Source of the DNA: the human T2T-CHM13v2.0 reference genome, Homo sapiens
Direction: 5' to 3' (one strand)
DNA: 64,000 nucleotides
NCBI RefSeq assembly: GCF_009914755.1
Contig: NC_060939.1
Shown here: positions 1 to 15,489 of the stretch, in pieces
Layout of the letters: each line of letters opens with the position of its first letter
Position numbering within the stretch: position 1 is the first letter of the stretch
Program-made: the position numbers and the translations under genes
The notes under the pieces: model-generated
What the model was told of the DNA's origin: nothing
What the model saw: only the letters and a program-made list of their open reading frames with translations
Databases searched by the model: none

Positions 1-1357
1 TATGTGAATAAAAGTGCTCCATCTCCATGGCATTGTATCTAATCAGGATACAAGTCCATCTCTAAAATAATGATAAAAATTTTTTAAAGAACTACCATTT
101 ATCAAGTACTTCCTGTGTCTGGTACCGTGCCACACCCTTCACATACAGTATTCAGCGTCATCCCTCCAGCAGTGCTGCGGAGTGGCCATTGTTGTCACCT
201 TTTAGAGACAAGGAAGCAGAGGCTTGCAGATGTTCAGGAATCATCTCAAGGTAAATGGAGCCAGGATGGCTTCTCCCACAATCATGATCTCCTCTGCCCC
301 CTGCGATTGGAGGCACCTGGCTGTTCCACGCTCACTCAAGGTTCATTCCCACAGACCAGCCCCCACCCCGAGGAGGGCTGGAGTCAGAGAAGAGCTCACT
401 TTTTCTCCTGTGGCTCTCTGCTGGGAGGCACGTACTTCTAGTTCCTCTTCCCTCGTCCATACCGCCCAGGTGGACAAGTCGTTTTTCTGCTAGTAGAAGC
501 CCAAGGCATTGTTCGGGGCACATTGTACTAGCGCCTGGGATTCATGTGGGTGTCTTCCCCATCTTTCTGTGCCCAGGCAGTGTCAGGTTGGCCTGTCCTC
601 CGCCCCTCCTTGACTGCTCATGACCAGGTGGCAGGTAGAATAACCAACTTGCCCCACTTTGCCCAGGACCTTCTCCATTTTTGCACTGAAAATCTCCCAT
701 CTCAGGAACCCCCTTGGCTCCAAACAAGCTGCCTTTCCCCCTGGATCTTGGGAAAGTCAGGCCCAAATTGCACCACAGATTCAGCTGTCCTAGATCCTGT
801 GAGAGGATGAGAAACTCGTTAGGCCTCCTGGCTTATGATGCACTGGCCAATCCAGCAAACCAGAGCTCTGCGTTGGGATTGAGGATTAACAGGTGCTTGT
901 CCTGCCTGTGAAAACAGTCCTTGGCAGCATGTAGGGTAGTCCAGCATGTGACTTCTGCAGGCAGGTGGCCTGGATTCAGATCCTGGCTCCACCTCCTGCT
1001 GGCTCTGTGGCCTTGAGCAGGTTATTTCACCAACCTGACCTCAGAACCCAACGCTTAGCACAGCACATACCTCACTGTGGCTGTTGTGAAAATTCAATGT
1101 GAAAATGCAGATGCTTGGAAGCATTCAGCCCACAGGTCGTGCGCCACAAATGACAGCCCTTGCCATTCCCTTTGCTTCTTCAGCTGCCAAACTGCCTCCC
1201 AAGTTCTGATCCTAAGACTTACTTATTTTTAGTATGAAATGCTTCATAAATACAAAGGAATATATATCACACATTCATATATAAAATGTGAAGAGTAACA
1301 AAATATATACCAATGTACTCAAACCTCCTCTCCTTCAGCTTAAAATAGAATATTACT

Positions 1358-1668
<311 letters not shown>

Positions 1669-2734
1669 ATTACCAATGCTTTTGTATATCCCTCTAATCA
1701 TAACCTTCCCTGTAATGATAATGAATCTGAATTTTGCCATTTCCTCACTTGAACGTATCATTTCTTCACTTTTTGTTATATGTTTACTACATACGTATGT
1801 ATTGCTGATAACGTATTGTTATGTTTGAGATATCTGGGTCCTGATGCAAATGCAATCATACTTATTTTCTTTTTTCACTCAACATTGTGTTTTTGAGATT
1901 CATCCATGTTAATATATGAAGCTGTAGTTCATTATTTTTCCTTGCTGTACAGCATTCCACTGTTTGAATGTGTGGTCATTCATTGATCTACTCCCCTATG
2001 CAAACAGTGCCACCACAAACACTTTCATAGGTTTCCTGGTGCACGTGTGCACAAATTACTCTACAGTATCCATCTAACCCGAAAAGTCTTCACTGATGGC
2101 TCAGTGGCAATGGCCTGCCCTCTGGTTTGGTTTTCATTGTGACCAGAATTCTGAACCCAACACTCTCTGCTCCATTAAAATCTTTTTCTGTATTTTAAAG
2201 TAGGATTCAGGATTATGAGTGACAAAAAGCTCAACTCAAGTGATATCAGGCAAAAAAAAAAAAAAAAAAGGTGGGGTAGAGAGAACTGTATTGGGATGAA
2301 TGATGGAGCAGTTTAGAGGGGACTGGTTGAATCTTAGACTAAGCACTGTCCACACAGCCCTGTGGATCTCTCGGTCACAGGGCTTGGCCACCCCCGTTTT
2401 CCTTCCATCCTTGGACAGACTCTTCCCTCATCGGAAACAGATAGTGGCAGTCACTTCTGCCTGCAGTGCCCAGGTCTGAGTCCAGTGGGAGGGAGCATCC
2501 ATCTCTGCAGCCTTAAAAAGCCTCCTGGTGTGTCACTGGTCACCTGCTCATCCCTGTGCTAATCTCTGTGGCCGGAGGAACGCAGTCCATCCCTCGAGTT
2601 AGGGTGCAGTCAGCCACTGCCCTAAGCTTTCGGGCTGAGAGTGAAGTCAAGGGGATTTCTTCCCAGGGAAATAGGGGTACTGTTCCTAAAAGAAGGGTAA
2701 TGACCACAGCGGGCCCAAAACAGTAAGTGTCATA

Positions 2735-3028
<294 letters not shown>

Positions 3029-3960
3029 GTGAGTGTCCAACGCGCCCTGGGCTTGCTGTGTGACCTTGGATAAGAGACTTCACATCCCAAATGCCCAAGT
3101 CTTCATCATTGATGAGTATGGCAGAGCTAAAGGTCCCTGAGATTCCATCTGACCTTGACCTCTGATTGTGTGGGCTCTGGCTGCCCTGTCACCCTCTTCC
3201 TTGCCACTCCTGTGCCCTTTAACATCATAGCTTGTCCAGTCCTCCAGATCTTTCCACTATAATGTCGAGTGCATACTTCTGGGATCACCTCTGTGAGCTC
3301 ATTCCTCTTGCTGACAACATGGCTTCTCAGAGGTAGCACACAGGACAACAGCTCCTCAAACCGCACCCTCTGCCAATACTGGGAGCCTCTCCAGAGCGCC
3401 TCATCATGCTCGCCACCACCGGCCTTTCAGGCCACAGCCTTCAGAGTCTTCTGTGGATCTCCATCTTCCTTAAGCCCCTGAACCTGCTCTCTTACGGAAT
3501 TTTGGCCTTTGTTTCCTCCTCTCAGAGTTCTTCTTGCTTGCTCACATCAATGAAGCCAGCTGCCATATTGTGACCACCCCGTGGATAGGCCCATGTGGCA
3601 AGGAACGGAGGGTGGCCTAGGGACACATGGCCCACGAGGAGCTGACCCCTGCCAGCAGCCACATGCATGAGCCTGGAGACAGATGCCTCCGCAGCTGAGC
3701 CTCGGGGCGAGGTCAGTCCTGGCCAACACCTTGATTGCAGATGGCCAGTTAAGTCATGCCTCAATTCCTGACTCACAGAAACTGATTGAGCTCCAGAAAA
3801 CCATTGTCAAGAAACAGAGATAGTGGGCATCCTGATCTTGTTCCTTAGCTGTAAGGAAATGAATCTAGGATTTCACTTCACTATTCAGGATGACAGGTTT
3901 TGTTTTTTCATCAAATATATACTGTATTTGTCAATGCTCTGCAGAGAAACAGAACCGAGA

Positions 3961-3981
3961 AAGAGAGAGAGAGAGAGAGAG

Positions 3982-4025
<44 letters not shown>
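3961..4025. repeat. Compound (AG)n(TG)n microsatellite
   Basis: Directly visible. Confidence 0.97.
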
Positions 4026-4027
<2 letters not shown>

Positions 4028-4030
4028 TGA

Positions 4031-4850
<820 letters not shown>

Positions 4851-5599
4851 AGTTACCCTACATCAGGTTATGCAGATGCCCTAATTTATTAAGAGCTGTT
4901 CATAACTTCCGAGTTTGTGTTGAATTTTATCAAGCAATTACTTTTATATTGTTGTTCTCATTTGTTTATACATTGTTTTTAAAAATTGTAAATTTTCTAA
5001 TATAAAAGCATTCTTGCATAGTGGAGATAAATCCAACTTGATGAGGAAAAGGGAGCATCTCTCAGTTCATCTTGCTCGCCTTTCCCCCGGCCACAGCCTG
5101 TGGTGAGCAGAGGGCAGAGCGCCAGCCTTGTCCTGGGACTGGTGACAGACAGCCTGCTGTCTTCCTGTCTCTGAGCTGGCCCCAGGAAGGGCCCACAGGC
5201 TGCAGGAAGAGCACTGTGTGATTTACATAGATGCCTTTGTGTGGGGGCCTGACAGCTGCTGGAGTCACGGTCCTCACCCGGGTCAGGGTGGGGCTGAGAG
5301 GGCCTCCGGGTGTTTGGGTAGTCAGGGGCTGGGGTGACAGCAGCTAGTGGGGGGCGGGTATATGAGACAGATAAACATCCACACTCACATGCCAGGTGTG
5401 GCTTTGAGCCTCAGCCCAGCCCACTCTCCTTGGCTGTCTGGCTGGCTTTATTGAAAGTTCGCCAAATGGAAAGGGTCTTTTTTTTTTTCTACCATGCCGG
5501 CTCACTCTCCAGAGCATCCGTGCCGGCAGTTGGCCAAACCCTGAGGTTGGGAGCACAGTCCTCCAGACCACCACATCTTCTGGGACGCCTGACCTCTGC

Positions 5600-6195
5600 A
5601 GCAGAGGTCACCAAACTGTCCAGTCCGAGGGAACAGTCCCCACAAGACTGCCCCAACTTCAGCCACCAGCCGCAAGTTCAGAGTCCCCAGGGCCACCTTC
5701 ACTTCAGACCAGCTGGCTGCAAATTTGGGGGTGCTTACAACCACCCTCAGCTTCAGTAATTTTCTAGGGTGACTCACAGAACTCAGGAAAGCACTAACCT
5801 TATGATTACAGTTTTATGATCATGAAAAGATACAAATTAAAACCAGCCAAAGGAAGAGAGGCTTAGGGCAGAATCTGGGAGGGGTCCAGTTGCAAGCTTC
5901 CAGGGAGGTGTCCTCTCTCTTTGGGGTTCTGGACAGCATTGCCTCCTCTGGGCCGCAATGTGTGAGGATACGCACAGGGTGTTGTCCACCAGGAAAGTCT
6001 ACCTGAGACTTTGGTGCCCAGAGACTTTACTGAGTCTTGATCAGATGCTGCCTGTGTGACCGACCTTTAGTCTCCAAAGCCCCCCAGCAAACAAAGACAC
6101 TCCTGTCAGACAGGACATTCCAGGACCCAGAGGTCACCTCCCACTAGCCACGGGCAGAGACTGGACCTCTCTTTGGTGAGGTTAATTCTAAACTA
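5600..6195. mobile_element. MER21-like LTR
   Basis: cccacaagactgccccaacttcag... gactcacagaactcaggaaagcac resembles recalled MER21. Confidence 0.65.
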
Positions 6196-6423
6196 CGAAT
6201 AGGGCACGTTACAAAGTCAGTGCCCAAAGACACAGAGAGGTGTGGCTGTCAGAAGCTCCAGTCCTGGATTTGCCACCTTTGAGGTTAGCAAGTTACTTAA
6301 TCCCTGTGGACGCCTACCAGCCAGAGGCCAGCAGGAACAGCCCAGTAGCCAAACAAATTTGAGTTAACTGGTGCCCATTGCACTAAGAAGACTGTATACT
6401 AGGAGGCAGTGCAGAGTCTCAGT

Positions 6424-6425
<2 letters not shown>

Positions 6426-6456
<31 letters not shown>
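6426..6456. repeat. (TG)n microsatellite
   Basis: Directly visible. Confidence 0.95.
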
Positions 6457-6457
<1 letters not shown>

Positions 6458-7162
6458 TGGGGGGGTGCTTATTGAAGGATTTGGGCGTTTGTAGGGTGAC
6501 ATTACGAAATGTTCAAGGAAGCAAAGTGTTGCTGTGGATTGGGTGCTGTCAGGGAGTGGGGCGAGTCTATAATTGAGGATCTTCACAATTTTTATCCAGG
6601 AGGTGGAAGAACGGGAGGGACGAAAAGCCTGGTAGAGAAACCGCAGTCTCTCACGTGAAACAGGAGAGGGCACTGTTTGGCCATTTTTATGGTTTCACAG
6701 TGCCCTCATTTTTTGTCCATGCTCAGGCATATTTATGGAGTGGCCTTGATTCTGTCCTGCTGCGTCACGGGGGCGCGGTGACCCTGCCTGACACAGGTGC
6801 TCTGTGAAGTTTGTGTGCATCAGGCGGACACCAGGGACCTGCAGACGAGTCACAGGATGCTTTGTTCTGTTCCTTTCCCAACCCTGAGTTTCATCACTGA
6901 TAACAAGGAGACGGTAATTCTACCTAACACATTAGGCAAATGTGAGAATTAAGGGGAATAATGTAAAATGCCCAGCATAAAATAAAACACAACAGCTAGT
7001 CAATTCCCATATCACTGTTAAAAAAATAAGAGTCCATGATAAAGGGAAAAAGTGAAGAATCAAAATAAAGCCAAATGCAGAAGAGGCACAGGGAAGGAAG
7101 CTGAGAGAGGACATCAGATGAGGGCAGTCCCTGAGCCAAGGTCTGTCCCGAAGCTCTCACTA

Positions 7163-7570
<408 letters not shown>

Positions 7571-7584
7571 TGTGCCAGCAATAA

Positions 7585-8235
7585 ACAAAAAGGTTTATAT
7601 ACCATAATCAAATGGAAACTGCCCCAGGAATGCAAAGTTGGTTTAATATCCAAAAACCAATTAATGCAATAGAGTACATTAATAAAATACACGACAAAAC
7701 CACATGATCATGCCCATAGACACAGAAAAATCACTTGACAAAACCTAACACCGTTTCATCATAAAACACTCAATAAACTAGAAATAAAAGAGAACTTTCT
7801 CAACCTGATAAGGATGTCCAAGAAAAACCCACAGCTAAAATCACACTAAATGGTGAGAGACTTATGCTTTCTTGTCAGAGTCAGGAACAAGACAAGATGT
7901 CTGCTCTTGAAACGTGTGTTCATCATTGTACTGCTCAGGGCAATTGGGAAAAATAAATAAAAGGCATTCAGATCAGACAGGAAGAAGTAAAACCATCTCT
8001 ATTTGGAGATGGCATGATCTGTCTACAGAAAATTCTAAGAAATCCGCAAAAGTATTAGAGCCGGTAAACAACTTCAGCAAGATTGCGGAATACAAGATCA
8101 ACATTTAAAAATCCATTGTATTTCTATAAAATAGCAATGAATAATCTAAATGAAATTAAGAAAGTAACTCCACTTATCAAAAAGAATAAAATATTTAGGA
8201 ATAAATTTAAACAAGTACAAGACTTGGATACGGAA
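7585..8235 (+). mobile_element. L1M ORF2 RT-region fragment
   Basis: ccaggaatgcaaagttggtttaatatc..., aaacaacttcagcaagattgcggaatacaagatcaac. Confidence 0.85.
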
Positions 8236-8706
8236 AGCAGGAGGACAAAGAGGAGAAGGACAAGGAGAGGAGGAGGTGGAGGAGCAGGAAGAAGATGAGG
8301 AGGCAATGTGTTCAGGATGTCTTGTGATTCCCGAGGCCTGAAGCCACCTGTCAGGTCAGGCATCCCCTGTCCTTCCTGTCCCTACTCCTGATCTGCTGCC
8401 TCCGGCTTGCACTTCAAATCTATCCTGCTCAGGCATGGAAGTAATTGTGGTGTGAAAGTCTGTCTGGTTGGACCAGCTGTTCTACACACTGGCCTGGCGA
8501 AGTTATTTTCAACTCATCTCAAGCCAGCCATGAACGTAAGAGAGAAGTCTGTGTGTGCAGTTCCCTCTGGGCAGTGAGACCAGCTACAGAGGCCACCCAG
8601 GCCTGGGAGAGCCCAGAACTCCAACCAGGAAGGCCTGTGGCTGAGCCCAGCTACAGATCAGGTTATGCCCGCAGGCCCTGGAGGGTCCTGCAGCCTCTGA
8701 GCAACC

Positions 8707-8933
8707 TCAGGTCTGTGCCCTTGGAGGCCTCGCCTCTAGAGTCCGGTGCTTCAGCGCGGTCCTCAGGGCCTGCAGGATGGCACCCTGGCTGGTCTGCACG
8801 TTGTAGTCACTGAGCCGCAGCAGGCGCTCGAAGTCTTCCTCCTTGTAGGTCATGTTGGACAGGGTGTAGGGGCAGGTGGCCCCGGTGAGATCCACTTGGC
8901 CACCCTGGAGCTCTGCGGGGCTGCGCTGGACAC
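8707..8933 (-). CDS. PLA2G4D: PLA2G4D exon 20 coding part (VQRSPAELQGGQVDL...ARPPRAQT*)
   Basis: gcag|GT acceptor; TGA at 8707-8709; 227 nt. Confidence 0.97.
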
Positions 8934-9900
8934 CTGCCCAGGGGTAGGAGGGGTGTCAGGAGCAGGACGCCGGGGCTTCTACAGCCTGGCAGCGGCGCAC
9001 AGGGAGGGCTGCCCCCGCTGGAGGGGCCCCTGCTTTCCTCCCAGCTCTCTGTGTCCTTTGCCCAGGAATGTAAATGTGGGTGGCAGGGTGCTCTTTGGAT
9101 GGGTACTATTTGGTGGTAGAAAATACAATTTCATATTTCATTGCCTTGTGGCGTGACACCCCTTAGGCTATTCAGGCAGCCCCACATGTCTCTACATCGC
9201 TTCGAGGCAAGGTGGAAACAGCCAGAAGGGGGAAGTCAACTGGGTTTGCGAATGGATTCTTAGAACTCACGGTGGAAGCAAGGGGGCAGCGAGAACTTGC
9301 TGAGAGATGAAGGTTCTTTAGAATTCTCAGATGTGGGCTGAGCATGTTCAGAGGAAAGCTGGGAGATCTAGAATGATGGTAGGAACTGGAAAGCTGGGAA
9401 TATCGCACAAAGGCAGCAATGAGTTTTTCCCACCAGAAGGAAATAAAATTCTGACCAGTTGGTGAGAAGAGAAGATAGGAAGGAATGTGATGGGGGTTTA
9501 AATTTCGGGAGCCCCTGAGGAGAGGCCCAGCTCCCTGAGAAGGGGCCCAGCCTGGGCTGGGGAAGGATGGTGGAGAGGCCAAGTGAGTCCCCCACAGAGC
9601 AGGAGAGCAGAGGAGCCCTGGGCAGCTGGGGGTACTAGGGCAAGTGGAAGGCTGCAGGAGCCCGGCATCATGACAAAGGGGACCCCTGCATAGCGACCCT
9701 GCAAACAGAGGGCCTGCAGGGATGTGGGCATCAGCAAGGAGGCCAGGGTGGGCTCCAAGGCCTGAGTGGGCCTGGATGGGCCTAGCCTGAAGCCCTCTCC
9801 TGGCAGACTCATTTCCCTTCCCTCTGCTGGGCAGCCGGGGGGCCCAGGGCAGGCCTCTGAGGGGCCAGGCAGCCTGGGTGCTTGGGAGGGGCTGCCTCAC

Positions 9901-10087
9901 CGGGGGCTGAGTGGTCCTTGAAGGAGGCATTGACCAGCGGGAAGTGCAGCAGGATCGGGGCCTCGGGGCAGGCGGGGTCTGAGAAGAGGTGGCATTCCCT
10001 TGGCTGGTGCTGGTCCTGAGGGCTGGGTTCCACCCGGGGGAAGGGCAGCCCCCGGGCCCGGCAGTACAGCTCCGTCTGCTGCAGTGC
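9901..10087 (-). CDS. PLA2G4D: PLA2G4D exon 19 (ALQQTELYC...[15 protein letters not shown])
   Basis: ccccag|GCA and G|GTGAGG; 187 nt. Confidence 0.97.
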
Positions 10088-10708
10088 CTGGGGGGGAGAA
10101 GGTGGCCCGGAGAGAACCAGCCCGGCCCAGGTCAATGCTGGGCCAGTTCCAGCCCACACCAGCTGCTTCAGTGTCAAGACAACAGCCTGGCTCTGTCCTG
10201 TTTGTGGTCGGGCCAAGCTGCAGAGTGACTCGGAGGGAGACCCAGGGGGAGTCCAAGGACTCTGGTGGTCTGCAATGTTGTTTGGTTAAAAGCTCTAGGT
10301 GGGGTCAGACCCATCCCCCAGCCCCCCAAAACCCCAATTCTGGATTGCTATTGCTGGACTGTTCAAATCCCAGAGCCGAGAGGAGACCCACATTGGCACA
10401 GCGTCTCAGGGGAGGTCTGGGGGATGGACATGGAGATGCTAGGGTCTCCTCTCAGCTCCGTCCAGCTGTTCTTTGGAGTAGGTGTGGGGAGGTCCCTCCC
10501 TGTTCACCTGTCCTGGGAGCCCAAGGCCCCTGCACCACCCCAGCCTTCCCACCTAAGGACCCTGGCAGGAGCCAGCAGATCAAGGCCTGACACCTCTCCT
10601 TCCCTTCGGGACCCGGGCGGTGTGGGGCAGGGGCTCAGTGGCCCTGCTGCTCGCCTCTGGAGCTTGGCCTGGCTGGGCAGAGGGGTTCCCCTGGGGTGAC
10701 CAGGGTAC

Positions 10709-10875
10709 CTCGAAGGGCGCAGATAGGGAGTAGTCGAAGGAGAGGATGAGGTCCAGCCTGCGGCCTGGCCGGAACATGGAGGGAGAGCTGGTGTTGATGA
10801 AGTAGGCGGCGTCCACCAGGCAGAGCCGGGGCTCCTTGGGGGTCAGCTGGCTGGGCATGGAGTCAAGCTGGTAGT
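10709..10875 (-). CDS. PLA2G4D: PLA2G4D exon 18 (YQLDSMPSQL...LCLVDAAYFIN...APFE) with catalytic Asp647 (codon 10811-10813)
   Basis: ccag|AC and GAG|GTACCC; 167 nt; ORF 10580..10918. Confidence 0.97.
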
Positions 10876-11114
10876 CTGGTGGGAATCGCAGGATGGTCAG
10901 AGGCCACCACCCTGCCACAGGTCATCCATGTCCCCTTCTCTCCTCTGGGTCACTCCTTAAATGCCACCCAGCCCTTCCCCAGGACCTTCCAAGGGGATCG
11001 TCTCCAGGCCACACCCCAGAAGTGGATGCTGACCTCCTAGGCCTCAGCCAGTCCCTGCCACACCACCCAGAGGCCCAACCTTGTGACCTAGGGACCCCTG
11101 GCCACGGCCCTGAC

Positions 11115-11309
11115 CTGCCCAGGTGGAGAAGTCTTTGTGGCTACAGTAGTCCTGGTGCAGCTGGAGGCCCTGGAGGAAGTTGGGGCTGCGCTGGTGGAGG
11201 GGCCTGCCTGTCAGGAAGCCTTTAAATGCCTGGGCCAGCGCCGTGCCTGGCTGCAGCCACGAGGCCTCCAGCCGCGAGGAGGTCCCCGAGGTGGTCAGGG
11301 GCTCCTTCT
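11115..11309 (-). CDS. PLA2G4D: PLA2G4D exon 17 (KEPLTTSGTSSRLE...FSTWA)
   Basis: ttcag|AG and G|GTCAGG; 195 nt; ORF 11044..11373. Confidence 0.96.
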
Positions 11310-11435
11310 CTGAAGCCAGAGAAACAGAAATTGGTCCCTTCTTCCCCTTACTTCTTCCCCTCAGACACCGCACACCGCAAGCATTCTAAAGGAACAGCGT
11401 CATCCCAGGCCCCTCAGTGCCCCTGCCCTTCCCAC

Positions 11436-11543
11436 CTAAGCTCCTGGTCTTGTCCTTGATGTGCTGTTTCCAGGACTCCCCAGAACTGGTGAGGTCATAC
11501 CAGGCATCCAGCAGGTTCAGGGAGAAAATGTTGCTCCAGATGG
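11436..11543 (-). CDS. PLA2G4D: PLA2G4D exon 16 (IWSNIFSLNLLDAWY...KTRSL)
   Basis: ctcag|CC and G|GTGGGA; 108 nt. Confidence 0.95.
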
Positions 11544-11765
11544 CTGAGGAACACCAAAAGAGGTCAGCCTCAGGCCCCAGCCAGCGGCCCCACCCTCAGG
11601 TACTGATGGAAAATGGGAGTGGGGCGAGGGCTACCCCTACAATGCATCCCCCCCGCCACCCCTCCCCCTTGTCCTGAGGTTCTGCCCCACCTGAGCTACA
11701 GGACCCATGTCCATTCAGACACCTGGCCCAGGGCTGCCCAGGGCCTTCAGAGCCACCACCCTCAC

Positions 11766-11903
11766 CTTCCAGAAAGCAGATCCGGGGCTCCGGGATCCTC
11801 CTCATCAGCCGTCCCATGAAGAACTCGGAGCCGAAGAGCTCAGGAGGGACGAAGGCCCCGTACTTCAGGAAACCGACCTCATAGGGGGAGAACTCAACCC
11901 ACT
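11766..11903 (-). CDS. PLA2G4D: PLA2G4D exon 15 ([15 protein letters not shown]...ICFLE)
   Basis: ttag|AG and G|GTGAGG; 138 nt; WxEFSPYE motif. Confidence 0.97.
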
Positions 11904-12266
11904 CTAATGGGGTGGGAAGGAGAGGCAGGAGTGTGAGGGGAGTGGATTGCGGGAGTCCCCAGCTCTGGCGAAAGACACTGCCCCTGCCCCCAGCAGGCCT
12001 GAGCCCTGCTGTGCCTGGCACCAATGCAGCAGATGTGAGGAATGGGCAGTCCTGGACTGACCACACCCCTCCCAGCCCTTGGTCCACACCCTCAAGCACT
12101 ACCCACTCTCAAGCACAGAGAGATGCCCTGAGCCCCTCAGCACCACTGCCCTTCCGGAACATTGGGCAATCTGTGCGGAGCTTCCAGCATGAATTCTCTG
12201 GGGGCTGTCGGGGTGCAGAGGGTTTGGGGGGTGGAGTATGTGGGAGGGGAGTAGGTAGAACTGTAC

Positions 12267-12384
12267 CCTTGAAGTCCAGTGTCTCCAGATTGTTCTCTTT
12301 GACATTGAGGCTCAAGTAGAGGGGCAGAGGGTTCTGACCCCGTTCCAGGGCGGCTCTCTGTCCTGACAGCTTCTGATCCATCAC
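12267..12384 (-). CDS. PLA2G4D: PLA2G4D exon 14 ([23 protein letters not shown]...LDFK)
   Basis: cccag|GTG and G|GTACAG; 118 nt; GQNPLP motif. Confidence 0.96.
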
Positions 12385-12821
12385 CTGGGGCCAGAGGGCA
12401 TCAGGGCCTAAGTGAGGCTGGGAGTACCCTGGAGGCAGTGGCTCCACCAGGACAGGGGCAGGATGGGGGACCTGGCTGGGGGTGAGGAGGCAGCTCCTCC
12501 CGTGGGGTCTGGGGACCATATGTGGGTCAGTTCCCACTCCTGCCCCTGTGTTCTGAACAGCCCTAGATGCAGGGTCGCTGGACAGGGCATGCAGGCTGTG
12601 TACTATGAATCTCCAGCGAGGGCCATTCATAGGGACCACAATGCCAGCGGTGCTTCCAGGCCCATCTTCGTGGATTTAAGGGTGAAGTGGGTGTGGATAC
12701 TGACACACAGACACAAGGACACATGCACACATCCACGTATTGCTTTGTAGAAAGGATGCAGCAATGCCCTTTTAGCATATACTGCAACCTATGCCAGGGG
12801 ATGGACTGCCCCCTCTTCTAG

Positions 12822-13351
<530 letters not shown>

Positions 13352-14922
13352 TGAATTGTAAGGGAACAGAAAGGCCTCATTCTATGCTGAGCTAGAATTG
13401 CAAATAGAGCTCTTCCCAAGCACCAGCAAGGCGAATGGTGGTGCCTGCCTGGAGCACCACCTTGGGAAGGATTCTGCCGCCAGAGCTGAGGTTGATGCTG
13501 TCAGCCCTGGGCTGTTTCTACTGGGCAGTATGTGTACCATGAATACGTCATCCTTCCTTTGGGCTCTCCAAGATGGAAGAGTGTCTAGTTCTAGAGGCTC
13601 CCAACCTGCCGCAGCAGCCCTTATCATCAGAGTGACTCAGTGAATGTGTACACGTGAGAGCATGTGAAGCATGCGGACTTCTGGGTCTCCCCTGAGAATC
13701 AGCCTGTCAGAAGTCACTTTGGAGTTTGCCTTTTAAAAACCCTCAGATGATCCTGATGCCCAGCCAGGTGTGAGGATTCCTACCCAGCCTACCCAAGGAG
13801 GGTCCCTCTCCCACATCCATGGCGAAACTCAACACACCCAGTGTGTGTGTCCTCCTTGCTGGCAGCTCTTCTGTCCCTGACGAGAACACTCATGTGTCAA
13901 CCACAGTCATCCTTCCACCCCATTTTCCAATGGTCCCCAGTATGAATTACAGGGAATTTGCAGGAAATCTCTAAATAGGGCTCGATCCCCTGCCACTGAT
14001 GGTGGTGGTGTACGTACAAGTCAGTCCTTAGGTACAAATGTGTGTACGTGACCCCTTCTCAAAATCTTTTTATTTAGAAACTCTGTTGCTCTTTTGATAC
14101 ATATGACTAGGGAAAATGTGTCCTTTTACTATAGTTGCACAATTTATGCCCTAGGGAAAGTTCTGGAAAAAGGTCAGCACACCCCTCCATCTACTGAAAC
14201 CCACCCGGTATATCTAATGGCTCACCAGTAAGCTGCGGCAGGACTCTCAGTCTCTAACCCCCCAGTTTCCAAGCAAGTAACCCCAACCCTGCAGAACACC
14301 ATTCTGATGATTCGAGGGTCCCATGGGAAACACTGGAGCTTGGTGCAGTACCGGCAATGCAGACTAAAGGGAAGGAAAGTGTGTCAGCTCTTAACTCAGG
14401 AAAGGATAAGAGAACCACTCTGAGTTTCTCCTTGAGGAATGATAAGCAGCTTCTAAGCAGTTCAGTACTTGCCAGCAAAAGACTGAAGAAAAAAGTTTCG
14501 AAGAGATGAGAGTTTGAGAAGCACTGATTATAGCTAGTGTATTTTACGAGCGGGTTTTTATAAAAACCTAATCAATATTAAAGATGTATGTAGACTAATA
14601 AAGTCATTCTGAGCAAAGTTTCAGGGTATGATATTTATTAATATTAATGAAATTGTGATTGGTCATAAATGGAGTTATATATCCTGACATTGTAAGTGAT
14701 TTTTGGTATTTTAGATTATTACATTATAGAGGTAATAAATACCTGTTTTTATCTAAAGTCTTTAAAAAATTAGAAATTGACACTAAAATTGCCCGAAGAA
14801 AACATTATTTTGTAAAGTCTACAATGAATGTTGGCTTTAAGAGGTAAGGTATGATAATCAGAAGAAAAAAATAATAAATTAAAAACCTTTCATATTGGGA
14901 CAAAATTTTAAAAATAGCATAG

Positions 14923-15130
<208 letters not shown>

Positions 15131-15489
15131 ATTTTTAAGAATATATAGGTGTCTAATAATACCACAAGCATTTCTATTTTTGTGAACAATTAAAAAATGT
15201 CTTCTAAAAAATGTCTATAAAGCTTGCACATAAAACCGTGCATTAAGTCATTACTGGAGTATCCAATGGTAATTAAATAAAAGTCTGCTTTACAGCCTAG
15301 GATCAAACTGCGTTTTCTAGCACCTTGTAAAGTGAACTGTTAAAACAGCTTCTCCCATTCTGTAGTAACTAATTGCTGCCACTCAGCAGGAAAGTCAGTT
15401 ATTAAAACACAACACCATCAAAACTGAATATGAACTTAAACAGTAGATCCAAAGACTACATAGCACATAGTAATAAAATGAAAATATTT

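Noticed and set aside
9172-9930. 252-aa minus-strand ORF
   Set aside because: It starts out of frame in exon 19 and runs through GC-rich intron 19; Pro/Ser/Leu-rich with no recognisable domain, so a chance ORF.
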